A stretch of 41,666 nucleotides of DNA, from NCBI RefSeq assembly GCF_001194135.2, contig NC_068981.1, forward strand, positions 104,292,791-104,334,456. The letters are read 5' to 3'. The notes beneath the pieces are model-generated. The model saw only the letters and a list, made by a program, of their open reading frames with translations. It had not been told where the DNA came from and did not search any database. Origin of the DNA: Octopus bimaculoides (taxonomy: Eukaryota). The position numbers were made by a program, and so were the translations under genes. This document shows positions 24,672-35,991 of this stretch, in pieces; position 1 is the stretch's first letter, and the number at the start of each line of letters is the position of its first letter.

Positions 24672-24830
24672 AGGAATGGTCAACCTTTTTCAAAAAAATG
24701 AACCACATGAGGTATCGCTCATCATTGGTGGGGCATAGGGGTTGACACTATTAAAATAATTTAAGGTCATTTTCTTTTTATTAAATATGCCATTCTGAAA
24801 ATCCTGTGGGCCACAAGTTGCCAGTGATTG
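24672..24830. mobile_element. Possible hAT-type MITE
   Basis: Left ggaatggtcaacctttt and right gtgggccacaagttgcca resemble decayed CAGGG-type hAT termini. Confidence 0.4.
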
Positions 24831-24883
24831 AGGTAGATAGAGTTTCTCTTTATTCATGAGGACAGTGACAGGAAACATTATTT

Positions 24884-25107
24884 TCTTTTATCTTTTACTT
24901 GTTTGAGTCATTTTTTTGTTACTGTGGCCATGCTGGGGCACCACCTTGAAGAGTTTTAGTTGAACAAATCAACCCCAGGACTTATTTTTTTTTTAAAGAT
25001 TAGTACTTATTCTATTAATCTCTTTTGCTGAACCACTAGGTTACAAGGACGTAAACAGACCAACACTGGTTGTCGAGCAGTGGTGGGGGACAAACACAGA
25101 CACAAAG

Positions 25108-25110
<3 letters not shown>
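24884..25110 (-). mobile_element. SINE family A, 3' half (split element)
   Basis: cttttacttgtttgagtcatt...catgctggggcaccaccttgaag...ggggacaaacacagacac. Confidence 0.88.
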
Positions 25111-25168
<58 letters not shown>

Positions 25169-25174
<6 letters not shown>

Positions 25175-25253
25175 AAACTGAGAATGTCTGTCTGAATGTG
25201 TGCATCACTAAAACTCAAGAACTTACCCAACGGATTTCATTCAAATTTTATAC
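25169..25253 (+). mobile_element. Helitron-like (Lep1/HINE-type) 5' end
   Basis: tatataaaactgagaatgtctgtctg...ctaaaactcaagaac...cggatttcattcaaatttt has the layout of non-autonomous Helitron 5' ends: TATATAAAA, short TCTG repeat, ctaaaactcgagaac...ccgattt. Confidence 0.55.
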
Positions 25254-26122
25254 CTGGTGACTTTACTCTTGAAAATCAGCCCTTTGGTAGAATTGAGACC
25301 AAGGTGGATAATGATGAGCTGGAAACTGTAGTGGAAGCAGATACATCTCAAACTATACATGAGTTAGCAGCAAGGTTTGATGTTTCAATTCTAACTGTAT
25401 TCGACAACCTGAAACAAATTGGCACGATAAAGAAGATGGACAAGTGGGTACCACATGAAATGAATGAGCATCAAATCACACGTCATCTTGAAACTTGTTG
25501 TTCTTTGCTATCATGGCATAAAAGCAAACCATTTTTGCATCGTATTGTTACATATAGTGAAAAATGGATTCCTTTCAACAATAGCAAGCATTCTGCACTG
25601 TGGTTGGATAGAGATGAAGTGCCAAAACACAATCCAAAAAGAATATTTACCAGAAAAGCTAATGGTGTCTGTTTGGTGGTCCAATGCTGGTGTCATCCAC
25701 CACAGCTTCATGGGACCTGGTAAGTCAATTACAGCAGATGTATACATCAACCAATTGGATGAAATGATGAGTGCACTAGCAATTAAACAACCGAGATTGG
25801 TCAATAGAGATAGTACTCTGTCATCCACCATATTCACCAGACTTTGTACCAACTGACTATCACATTTTCCAGACATTAGACAACTTTTTGTAATGAAAAA
25901 CTTCAAATCTGAAATCTGAAGAAGATGCAAAAACAGCCTTTTGTGATTTCACCACCTTTTGCTCTCCAGAATTCTTCGCTGCCTACATAAATGTGCTACC
26001 GATAAAATGGCAAAATTGTGTTGATAATTTAGGTGCATACTTTTATTAACTGCATTGTTTTTTGTTGAGATAAAGTAAAACTTTCAGTTCAAAATTGGAC
26101 ATTTCATTGTTAATGACCTGAT
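25254..26122 (+). pseudogene. Decayed mariner transposase (Hsmar1/cecropia-like) with right terminus
   Basis: GDFTLENQP...WVPHEM...PFLHRIVTYSEKW (first catalytic D lost)...LMVSVWWS...VNRD, then the DNARPH segment is deleted, then HPPYSPDFVPTDYH...KWQNCVDNLGAYFY* (stop 26047-26049); mariner-like end ggacatttcattgttaatgacctga. Confidence 0.93.
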
Positions 26123-26134
26123 GTGTGTGTGTGT

Positions 26135-26313
26135 GTGTGGGAATACATACAATGGGCTTCTTTCAGTTTCTCTCTACCAAATCCACTTACAGGGCTTTGA
26201 TCAGCCTGAGGCTATAGCAGAAGACACTTGCCCAAGGCATCACACAGTGGAACTGAACCTAGAATCATGTGGTTGGGAAGCAAGCTTCTTACCACACAGC
26301 CATGCCTGTGCCT
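26135..26313 (-). mobile_element. SINE family A, 5' half (split element)
   Basis: gggcttctttcagtttc...gaagacacttgcccaagg...accacacagccatgcctgtgcc. Confidence 0.88.
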
Positions 26314-26666
26314 GTGTGTTTTTATGAATGTTAATAGGAATTGAAACCAGGTTGCCATGGATTCAATTAGCCAAAGGCTCACTTTTCCTCAGTTGTTGCT
26401 CTCCATTATCCTCATTACTCCCATCTGTATTTTTTTTGTTTGTTTTTTTTTTCTATTTTCACATGAGAAGGACAACTCTACTGCAATGGGCCTCTGTTCC
26501 TTGAAATTAGCTGGTCTCAGGCCTCCTCCACTCCAGCACTTCCAACCTACTTATCTCTCCTCCACCTATCACTTTAGATATGATCAATCAACCAGGCATT
26601 GCACTAACCACTTAACAGCCACCCCCACCCCCAGGCCTCCCACCCCAGAGTGTTATTCCTGTAGAA

Positions 26667-26988
26667 AAGGTATTATCAACCATTTTTTTTTTTTTATCAA
26701 TGGACCCTTTTGATTACTATTTTATTCTGATGGACCCCCATCACCGTTAGTTTTATAGAAACTTCTTTCAAAATTTCTATTTTGCTTTTCACACATTACC
26801 TTTTGTAGGTTGAACTACGTCAAATGTAAGAGGAAAAAAACCTAGCTGTTTCTTTGCAATACATACCAATACACACATCTAAAGCAAAAATTTTTCAGAA
26901 GCCCTGATAATACTATTTTGGATCCCTAGTCTATTATCTTATTGTGTGGATCCCCAAAGTTTTATATAGACCCTGGTTGAGAACCACT
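26667..26988. mobile_element. hAT (Charlie-type) MITE
   Basis: Right end ggttgagaaccactg is the reverse complement of CAGTGGTTCTCAACC; left end is degenerate (aaggtattatcaacc). Confidence 0.7.
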
Positions 26989-27194
26989 GCTGGAGAATCT
27001 CCACCTGTACATGCCTTTCTGCAGGTGTCAACCTGCGACTGGAACATCAGCAGTATCGATCACACTACTCTTGGAGGCCCTACAAAAATCATGGGCACTG
27101 CTCCTTATGCCAGATCCAGCAAGTGAGAAAGGAGAAAAAAATTATCTGCTTTTTTCTTTTCTTTTAATTAACTTACCTGTCATAATTGACAGAT

Positions 27195-27415
27195 AACGGT
27201 TCCACAGTTTCTTTGCTAAGCAACCAGATGATATGTTTATAGCGATCAAATGTTTTGTTTGTGTTGTACAGGTGTATGATATGCCACATTTCAGAAGTCA
27301 AAGTGATCGCAGAACATTGTGAAATGAGGTGTTTTACTCAGGAACACATTACCCAGTCTGGAAATTGTACTAATGATTTTGTGATCATTAGTACAACTCC
27401 CTAACCATTAGACTT
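27195..27415 (-). mobile_element. Decayed SINE, C-like head
   Basis: gtgaaatgaggtgttttactcaggaacaca...ctaaccattag resembles 11460-11555. Confidence 0.5.
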
Positions 27416-27780
27416 TGTGCTCTTGGTTGTGAAAATCTACAGTACAACAGATTTATCTCCCTTTATCTTGATCTTCAGTCATATCATATGTGCAGCTTCT
27501 GTAATTTCTTTCATCTGCTTTTCACTGCTAGGTCAAGTCAAATAGATTTGTTTGTTTAATAGTTAAATGTGTTATCCCATGCACATGTACAACTGATGTG
27601 GTTAAACCAATGACTTGACTATTCTATATCAATGATATCAATCAACAGATAAGACTTGTTGACTTCAGGTGAAGGAAGCAGTAGCTGTTACAAAATTTGC
27701 ATGGGTTCCTAAGAGCATAGCTACAATCAAGAAACAAAAAAAAAAGGGATGGGATCACATAGCAAATAGTGTAAACATGT

Positions 27781-27995
27781 AAGGCAGCAAGCTAGTAGAA
27801 CCATTAGCACACTAGGCAAAATGCTTAGTGGCATTTCATCCAGCTCTAGATTCTGAGTTCAAATTCCACCAAGGTTGGCTTTGCCTTTCATCCTTTTAGG
27901 GTCAATAAAATAAGTACCTGTTGAGCACTGGGTTCAATTTAATAGACTTATGCCTTCCCCAAAACTGCTGGCCTTGTGCCAAAATTTGAAACTAT
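27781..27995 (+). mobile_element. SINE family B with TSD
   Basis: ggcagcaagctagtagaa...ttgcctttcatccttttagggtcaataaaataagtacc; TSD core atagtgtaaac at 27766 and 27996. Confidence 0.88.
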
Positions 27996-28391
27996 ATAGT
28001 GTAAACGTATAAACTTCGTCACTATCTTTCCAAATCCTGCTACGTTTCACATGGAAGTTTTATCTTGTTCTCATGTAGAAGTCAACCTGCTTTGTTTGAC
28101 CGTAAATTTTAGTCAGAAAGGTTCCACTTGAATGCCAGAAAATTCAGTAAGTCCCAATACTGTGACTCATTGCCACCATCACCTTCACCCAATTTTTTCC
28201 TCATCAGAATGTTAACTCTCTGCACTTCCTTTCTTGACACATTTCCTCCTACAAATATTGACTTATAAATGTTCAAAATTAACATTAATTATGTCAATGT
28301 CCTCAATCTGGAAGAGCCTTTGAAGGCCATGAGCACTGTTCCTTCCTTCTGACTAAAATTAAACGTTTGAAATAGTATTTGCTTTTAGTGT

Positions 28392-28645
28392 TTACTTACT
28401 TCAGCCATTGGGTAGTGGCCATGCAGAGGCACCGCCTTGAAGGATTTTAGTTGAACAGATCAACCCTGGTACTTACAGTTTTTAAGCCTGGTCCTTATTC
28501 TATCTGTCTCTTTGCTGAACCACTAAGTTATGGAAACATAAACAAGCCAACACCAATTGTCAAGTGGTGGTGTTTGACTAAACCATTCAAGGCAGTGCCC
28601 CAGCATGGCCACAGTCCGATGACTGAAACTAGTAAAAAGTAAAAT
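28392..28645. mobile_element. Two inverted family A 3' pieces
   Basis: Minus-strand 3' half at 28392-28570 abuts a plus-strand tail at 28574-28645. Confidence 0.8.
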
Positions 28646-29925
28646 ATCTTATATGACATCATCCATTGTGTTCTTCTCTTCTTTAAAACAGTATGATATG
28701 GTTTGAAGGAAATTTGGTTGCTATGTCTAGCATCGAGGCTTTCTCAGTGCTTAACCCATGAAGTGAAATTTGTTTTAGTTGACAAGGTATGTGAGCCCCT
28801 GAACTTACTGGTGCCTAGCTAAGAAAACAAGTAAATAAAAGAGAGAACAGCTCTTAACTTTAGTTACTTTGCTGCACTCTACTTCTCAAAATAGCTAACC
28901 ACTCTGTTTTAAAACCACCCACACTTATTTCTATGTCTCCTTTTCCATGTCTACTGGTGTACTGCCAAACAGAACCAGGCAGACCTGTCTAACCCATGCC
29001 AACAGGATGATTGATAGTGAGGTACAGTACAGAGTAACTAAAGGGGAAAGGTACAATGTTGACTAGTATCAGTAGTATTACTAGCAATATTAGTAGTAGT
29101 TGTAGCAGCAACAGTAGTGAGGAGGAGAATGAGGACGGGGGAGGGGGTATAGTGTGGGAAAATAGTTGGAGGGGGAAAATTATGTATATAAGGATAATGA
29201 CAATGCTGGCATTGGTGTTCATGATGGATATGATGATAATAATAGTAATGATTAATATGAATATTGTAGTGGAAGGGGTGATGATGGTAATGGTGATGAT
29301 GATGAATATGAGAATAATGACATTGATCATGGTAAAATGATGAATATGAAAATGATGATTAAGAGGAGGATAAGAGAGAGAAAGAGAGAGAATTGGGTGG
29401 GTGAGAACTGAGGTGACGCAGGAAATTATGTGTATTTTGAGAACCACTTCTAAGACTGTATACCAAAATATTTCTATACTTTATATTAGTTTGTTTTTTT
29501 GTTTTGTTTTGCTTGTTTTTCACAGATTGATATTATAAACTCATTTATTTCGATTCATTTAAGATGCAGTGTTTTCACCAGCTAGATCCACTGGCATGAT
29601 ATAACATTGGTTCATTCCACTACCAAACATTAGCGGTTTAAGGCAGTGGTCGTTTGCAGTAAACAAACACTCCAACTACCAACCAACCAACCAACTAGCT
29701 AGCTAGCCTTGCTGTGTGTAGTAACTAAGAGACTCATGTAAACATAAACAACATTTGCTGCTATCAATTCAAAAGACTATCCACTTCATATTTAATATTC
29801 AAAATTGAAGACTGTATTGATTGGACAGATGTGGATGTTGCAGAATTGATAGATCACTAAATAATTTTACCTATCTATGTTTTAGGTTCAAATCACAATA
29901 GTCATGATCACAAATTGTAACTATA

Positions 29926-30329
29926 GGCGCAGGAGTGGCTGTGTGGTAAGTAGCTTGCTTACAAACTACATGGTTCCGGGTTCATTCCCACTGTGTGGCA
30001 TTTTGGGCAAGTGTCTTCTACTATAGCCTCGAGCCGACCAATGCCTTGTGAGTGGATTTGGTAGACGGAAACTGAAAGAAGCCTGTTATATATATGTATA
30101 GATATATATGTGTATATGTTTGTGTGTCTGTGTTTGTCCCCGCAACATCGCTGGACAACCGATGCTGGTGTGTTTACGTCCCCCGTAACTTAGCGGTTCG
30201 GTTAAAGAGACTGATAGAATAAGTACTAGGCTTCCAAAGTATAAGTCCTGGGGTCGATTTACTCGACTAAAGGCAGTGCTCCAGCATGGCTGCAGTCAAA
30301 TGACTGAAACAAGTAAAAGAGTAAAAGAG
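29926..30329 (+). mobile_element. tRNA-derived SINE, family A, full-length and young
   Basis: ggcgcaggagtggctgtgtgg (A box), gggttcattccc (B box), central TA/TG tract, (gtaaaaga)2 tail; many CpGs retained. Confidence 0.95.
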
Positions 30330-30625
30330 GGGTTGATTCAATCAACTACAGGCTTTCCCCCACCACTTCTTTCCAGAATTATGACCTTATGCCAGAGTAA
30401 GAAAATCTGTTCGGGGTTATTTCTTCATCAAATTGATGTTCCTGCTATTATTTGTAACAAATGAAAGACACACAAATATACCTAAAAAAAAAAATAACAG
30501 CAATATGTCATAAAAATATTGTATCTGAACTTTATGATGTGAACTGATGTACCAAACTCCTTCGGTCTAAAAATTGAGCAACCAAATTTTTATCATCTTC
30601 CATTTCTTTTCGAACATAGATTTAA

Positions 30626-30845
30626 CCCTTTAGCATTTAAACCAGCCATATCAGACCAGGATATTCTACCTGTTTTATGCTGAAACCAGCCAGATCTGAC
30701 CTCTCACACCCATCCTACAATGTCATTCTAAAGGTAAAGAATCACATCATCAAAATCTCAAAGCCACAACATAATGCATAATTAATTCAAAACAATTTGA
30801 ATAAATAAGCATTACATTTGCCTGAGTAATCTGAATGCTAAAAGT
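30626..30845 (+). mobile_element. piggyBac-type MITE (family 1)
   Basis: TTAA|CCCTTTAGCA ... TGCTAAAAGT|TTAA. Confidence 0.88.
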
Positions 30846-31047
30846 TTAAAGCTTATCACCAATGTATCATAAGATTATCAGAGATTTGCATACACACACA
30901 TGCATGTATATATGTGTTTTTGCCTGTGTATATGTGTGTATGTATGTATGAATGTATGTGTATATCGCTATGTATTCTTTAGATTTTATCCTTATAGTTC
31001 TTTGGTTTGTGTTAGTTATTACAGCTTAGGCCATTCTGGAACACTGC

Positions 31048-31098
<51 letters not shown>

Positions 31099-31149
31099 TT
31101 ATATATACATATATATACACACAATTAAGGCCATTCTGAGGCATTCTGT

Positions 31150-31280
31150 TCATTGCTCATTGATTTGTATTGTTATGTATCATCTTTTCTGTATATCCAG
31201 TAGATTTTGTTGATTAGCATCATTAATTGGTGAAACAGTTCTTTGTTGCAAAGTCCTTAGGCATTCCAGAGAATTAAGTA
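31150..31280 (-). mobile_element. Possible LINE AP-endonuclease N-terminal remnant
   Basis: Minus translation LILWNA*GLCNKE, like the WNxxGL start of APE domains. Confidence 0.3.
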
Positions 31281-31586
31281 GCTATTGCTGGGAGTGTTCT
31301 GCTGCATATTCTTTCTAAATTTACGATGGGCTGTATGGTAAAGCTAGCATAATTTTCCATGATGTACCTGAGTGTTTCTATATTTTGTAATCGTCTGTAG
31401 AATTGGTATTGAATTTCTAAATAAGTACCCATTGTATTTTGTTTGTAATATAACTGGGTTTTGTATTTCCACATGTTTTGGAGATTGCTTGTGTATTTGA
31501 TTTGGGTATAAGAATAATGTTGTGGGTGGCTGAGAAGCAGTCTGGCCTTAGATTTTGTATCATTCATGCAGTGTTTATTGTTAATG

Positions 31587-31860
31587 TACTTCTATTTCCC
31601 AGGTGTTGGGACTGATCTGAAAGCATTCAGTGAAGCTTTGATGTGCTTTTCTGCTCACCTTGTATACACTTGCCTTCTGCCAATTCACTGTAAAGTAGTT
31701 GTGTGTCAGGGATTCAAACAAGGTGGCCTGCTCACCTGACCTGCACACTCCTCGGCAGTGTGTGAACACTTGGCACATCAGCTCAAGAGAGGACCTCTGT
31801 GTCTGGGACTTTGTTTTGCCAGGTGAATCTCAACAGCTTTCTCAGATAGTTCATGTGGAA
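31587..31860 (-). mobile_element. RTE (BovB-like) LINE, inverted upstream segment
   Basis: Minus translation FHMNYLRKLLRFTWQNKVPDTEVLS*ADVPSVHTL...QVR*AGHLV*IPD...LLYSELAEGK...FQISPNTWE. Confidence 0.85.
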
Positions 31861-31975
31861 CAGAATAGGATTGCAGGAGCACAAAGAAAATATGTGCCAC
31901 ACAAGTCCAGAACCAACTCCTTGCCTTCATTCCCAGCAGACCACCAGTGTCCAACCTGTGGCAGAACCTTCTCAG
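31858..31975 (+). mobile_element. RTE (BovB-like) LINE, terminal segment
   Basis: Plus translation EQNRIAGAQRK...SRTNSLPSFPADHQCPTCGRTFSA, including the first half of the terminal zinc-finger motif CPTCGRTF. Confidence 0.85.
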
Positions 31976-32306
31976 CATGGAAGTATAAAGAAAGTGTTTA
32001 TATTTTGTATTATTTCTTTCATAGTCTTCCATATTGAAGGTTGACAACTGTAATTTCATTACAAGACCCGTGTTGCCAGCTGTGCAAGTTTTAATGAGTA
32101 TGCGCATATCGACAATTGTATCAATCAAAGTCCCATTAAAAGCAACAAAGTTTTGCTCATAATTATTGTTAATGAAGGAACCAGAAAATAAGATGACTCT
32201 TATGGTAATAAAGTATTTCTGTTTTTGTTTCTATCTGAAATATATACATACCATAAATAGATGCTATATATGTTTGTTGCCAACACAACTTATATCCCAC
32301 AAAATT

Positions 32307-32515
32307 CATCATCCTCATTTAACATCCGTTTCCATGCTAGCATGGGTTTGACAGAAGCTGAGCAGCTGAAGGGCTGTTCAGGTCCCATGTCTGTTTTTGC
32401 ATGGTTTCTACTGCTGGATGCCTTTTCTAATGCCAACCTCATTACAGAATGTACTGGGTGCTTTTACACAGCACTGGTTTGGGTGCTCTTTACATGGCAC
32501 CAAGTCTTAGGAGCC
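32307..32515 (-). mobile_element. RTE-type 3' tail family
   Basis: catcatcctcatttaacatccgtttccatgctagcatggg...ctggatgccttttctaatgccaacc. Confidence 0.75.
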
Positions 32516-32553
32516 TGCAAGATTACTTATGAAAAACTGGACTGGATGTTTAA

Positions 32554-32836
32554 CCCTTTAGCATTTAAAGCAACCATATCTGGCTCAAAGATTCTATCTG
32601 TTTTATCTTCAAACTGACTATATCCACCTTCTCACACCTACCCTATAATATCATTAGTATCTCACATCTATAATATCATTAATATCTTACATCTATAATA
32701 TCTCACACTTACCCTATAATATCATCAAAAATAAACATATCAATATCCCAAAGCTATGAGATAATGCATGATTAATTTTTTTTAAAAGTGAATTCATAAG
32801 TACCACATTTAATAGAGTAATCTAAATGCTAAAGAG
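32554..32836 (+). mobile_element. piggyBac-type MITE (family 1) with internal expansion
   Basis: TTAA|CCCTTTAGCA ... TGCTAAAGAG|TTAA; about 60 bp longer than 30626-30845. Confidence 0.85.
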
Positions 32837-33074
32837 TTAAAACATCCTTTTTGACTTTTGAAAATTTGTGGAACAAACTATATTTCAGTTTATTAGGATT
32901 CTAATTTTTTTAATATTTTTGGAAAAATTAAACTTTTTTTTTTTTCATGTTGTTGACTTTTTAGAGGTACACATTATCAGTTTACACCAGTAAAATTCAA
33001 AGGTTGCTTGCAAGTGTTCTTTGTTTTGTTTAGGCAGTGTGAACTTTTTAAATGTATATATACATGTATACAAC

Positions 33075-33221
33075 AAGCTTCCTTCAGTTTCCATCTTCTA
33101 AATCTACTCACAAAGTTTTGGTCAGCCCAAGGCTATAGTAGAATGTTCCACACAGTGAGATTGAACCCCAAGCCATGTAATTAGGAAGCAAGCTTCTTAA
33201 CACACAGCTACGCCTACACCT
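33075..33221 (-). mobile_element. SINE family A, 5' half
   Basis: gcttccttcagtttccatc...cccaaggctatagtagaa...aagcaagcttcttaacacacagc. Confidence 0.8.
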
Positions 33222-33548
33222 GAATATTGACAGAATTTGTAATATATTTGCATGCATTGGGATATCTGTTCCAGTAATTCATATTTCAGCAGTAATGCTT
33301 GCAATGCCACTGGTGCCAAGGTGTAATTGGCCTCTGTTGGTGGCCTTTCCCTAGGATAAATCCTGTGGCATGGAGAGGGGGAGACTTGCATGCATGGATA
33401 ACCTTCAGCCTTGCACATAAACATCTTCCCAGGTCAAGGCATACAGGTGCAGATGAATGGGCAGCCCTGACTAATGCAAGCCCTAGAATCTTTTCCAGGA
33501 TTTTATTGTCCGTAATATTAGTGACACACATCATACACAAGTGTATAT

Positions 33549-33760
33549 TCATCATCATCATTCAACATCCATTTTCCTTACCGGCATTGGGTGGTTTGAG
33601 CAGATCTGGTAAGGCCAGGAGCTGCACCAGGCTCCATTGTCTGTTCTGGCATGGTTTTGCCCTTCCTAATGCCTGCCACTCCACAAAGTGTACTGCATGC
33701 TTTTTATGTGACACCAGTATGAGTGCTTTTTTATGTGACACCAGCACTGGTATCAATTCT
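33549..33760 (-). mobile_element. RTE-type 3' tail family
   Basis: (CAT)n then tcaacatccattttcc...ctgcaccaggctcc...ccttcctaatgcc; tgctttttatgtgacaccag occurs twice. Confidence 0.75.
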
Positions 33761-33818
33761 GCTATGGTGGACAGGTCATTTGAGCATAGCAATGCATCAG
33801 ATATCTCAGTCCTTATTA

Positions 33819-34028
<210 letters not shown>

Positions 34029-34282
34029 ACTGTATTTTTTATGCATGTGTATATATGTGTATATATGTGTCTATATTTATATGTATTTATATATTTATGA
34101 ATATATGTAGTGTAAGGATATATATATATATCATTGTACATGTATACATGTGTGTATATATATATGTATATAAATATATAGTATGTGTGTGTTCATTCCC
34201 TCCACCCCAATAAAGTATCAGTGCGAAATTATCATCTAAACTCTTGATAACATAGTCCAGTGACTAGAAACCTGCAAATGTA

Positions 34283-34334
<52 letters not shown>

Positions 34335-35768
34335 CATATAGATAGACTGGCTTTGGCAAATCAGCTATTATGGTAAATGGATGTAAAACTAATGGTGGCT
34401 GATAAGTGGGTGGTAAGTGGCATGGTAATAATTGTGATGAAGAGGATGATGATGTTGGAAGAGGAAAATTGGGAAGAAGAATAATAATAGTGAGAATGTG
34501 GGGAGAGGGATGGATTCAATGTGACAGGATAAACCAATATCTTCAAGTGGAACTTCTGTGCTGAATAAATTTCCTTAAATATTTCATCATTTGTCATTGC
34601 TTTTATGACAGCCAATTAATTGTGTAGATTATCAGAATTAATTAACAACAATATAACATACTCGATCTGTTTCTACTATGCTCTCAGCATAGAATGTTTA
34701 ACAAACTGAAAGATTTTTGAGTCATAAGCCAAGGTTAGTCACTTGATTAATATCCACTGCTCTTACATTGACTTGCGTGAATTTGAAATTAAAATTTTAT
34801 TTCTTCATTCCATAGTTGTATCCACACACACAACATCAGCAAACCTGCATAACAATGTCTTGGATATTCTTCTTTAGAATCAGGAAATACTTGAGCTCTA
34901 ATTAGACACTAACACTCTACAAATCTCAAGTGGTTTCCACACTAGAGTACTGCTTACGTCCATGGGGATAGTGCTACTGCTGTTCCTACACACACTAATA
35001 TTCTATCTTCTAAACTGAATATAAAAGAAGGCCATTCAGTTAACTGGAAAACTTTTGTTTGGACTTTTGAGATTAGGAATTTATCATTATTACACACTGG
35101 TATATTCTGACTTGTGTTCTCATTTTGATCATTACACTCACAGCATTTCAGCCACTGTGCCCTCTGGCTTTCTTTATTTGCTTGTCATATGCAGTAAATG
35201 TTCTCAAAAGTAGTGACTAAACCCTTTATTAATCTATAGAAATAGATTGTTCTCACTCTGTTGTCCACACAAGGGATGTTCTTATTAGTTATATTCTTCT
35301 ATTTGTGATGCATTTAGTCTGTTATACTCCAACCAAATTATATATCACTTGACTGACCCAGGGATTGAGCTCATACCCTCTAGCTAAATTACTACACTTA
35401 AAACTTGATGTATAATGCTTATATTTTCTCCTTTATGTCCTTAAAGGTAATTATGTGGTAGAAGCTATGAACCTTAGACATAACTTTTCCTTTTTTTCTT
35501 TCCTTTATTTTTGGGTATAGGTTTAATGTTCTTTCTTAATTAAAGGCTCCCATATAATATTCCAATATATATAGAGATAGTCATTTGGGGTGGGGGCTGC
35601 CAGCTAAACACATGCACTATTTATTCGATCTTCATTTTGGTTTTTATTCATATTATTTTTAGTATATAAGTCTGTCAAAGTTCTTTCGTCACACATCCTG
35701 TTACCTTATCAGTGGGCCTCTGTCCTATGTGTCTCTTTTTGATCTGCTCATTCCGTTTTGTCTTTCGG

Positions 35769-35844
<76 letters not shown>

Positions 35845-35845
35845 A

Positions 35846-35991
35846 AACACCCACTACACTCTTGGAGTGGTTAGCATTAGGAAGGGCATCCAGCTGTGGA
35901 AACTTTGCCCAGATCAGATTGGAGCCTGGTGCAGCCCTCAGTTAAACCGTCCAACCCATGTCAGCATGGAAAGCGGATGTTAAACGATCAT
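35846..35991 (+). mobile_element. RTE-type 3' tail family
   Basis: cactacactcttggagtggttagcattaggaagggcatccagctg...gcatggaaagcggatgttaaacgat; inverse of 32307 and 33549. Confidence 0.8.

Noticed and set aside
29926-30000. tRNA-like A/B boxes (also in other SINE heads)
   Set aside because: They continue into SINE bodies and lack a complete cloverleaf, so they are not tRNA genes.
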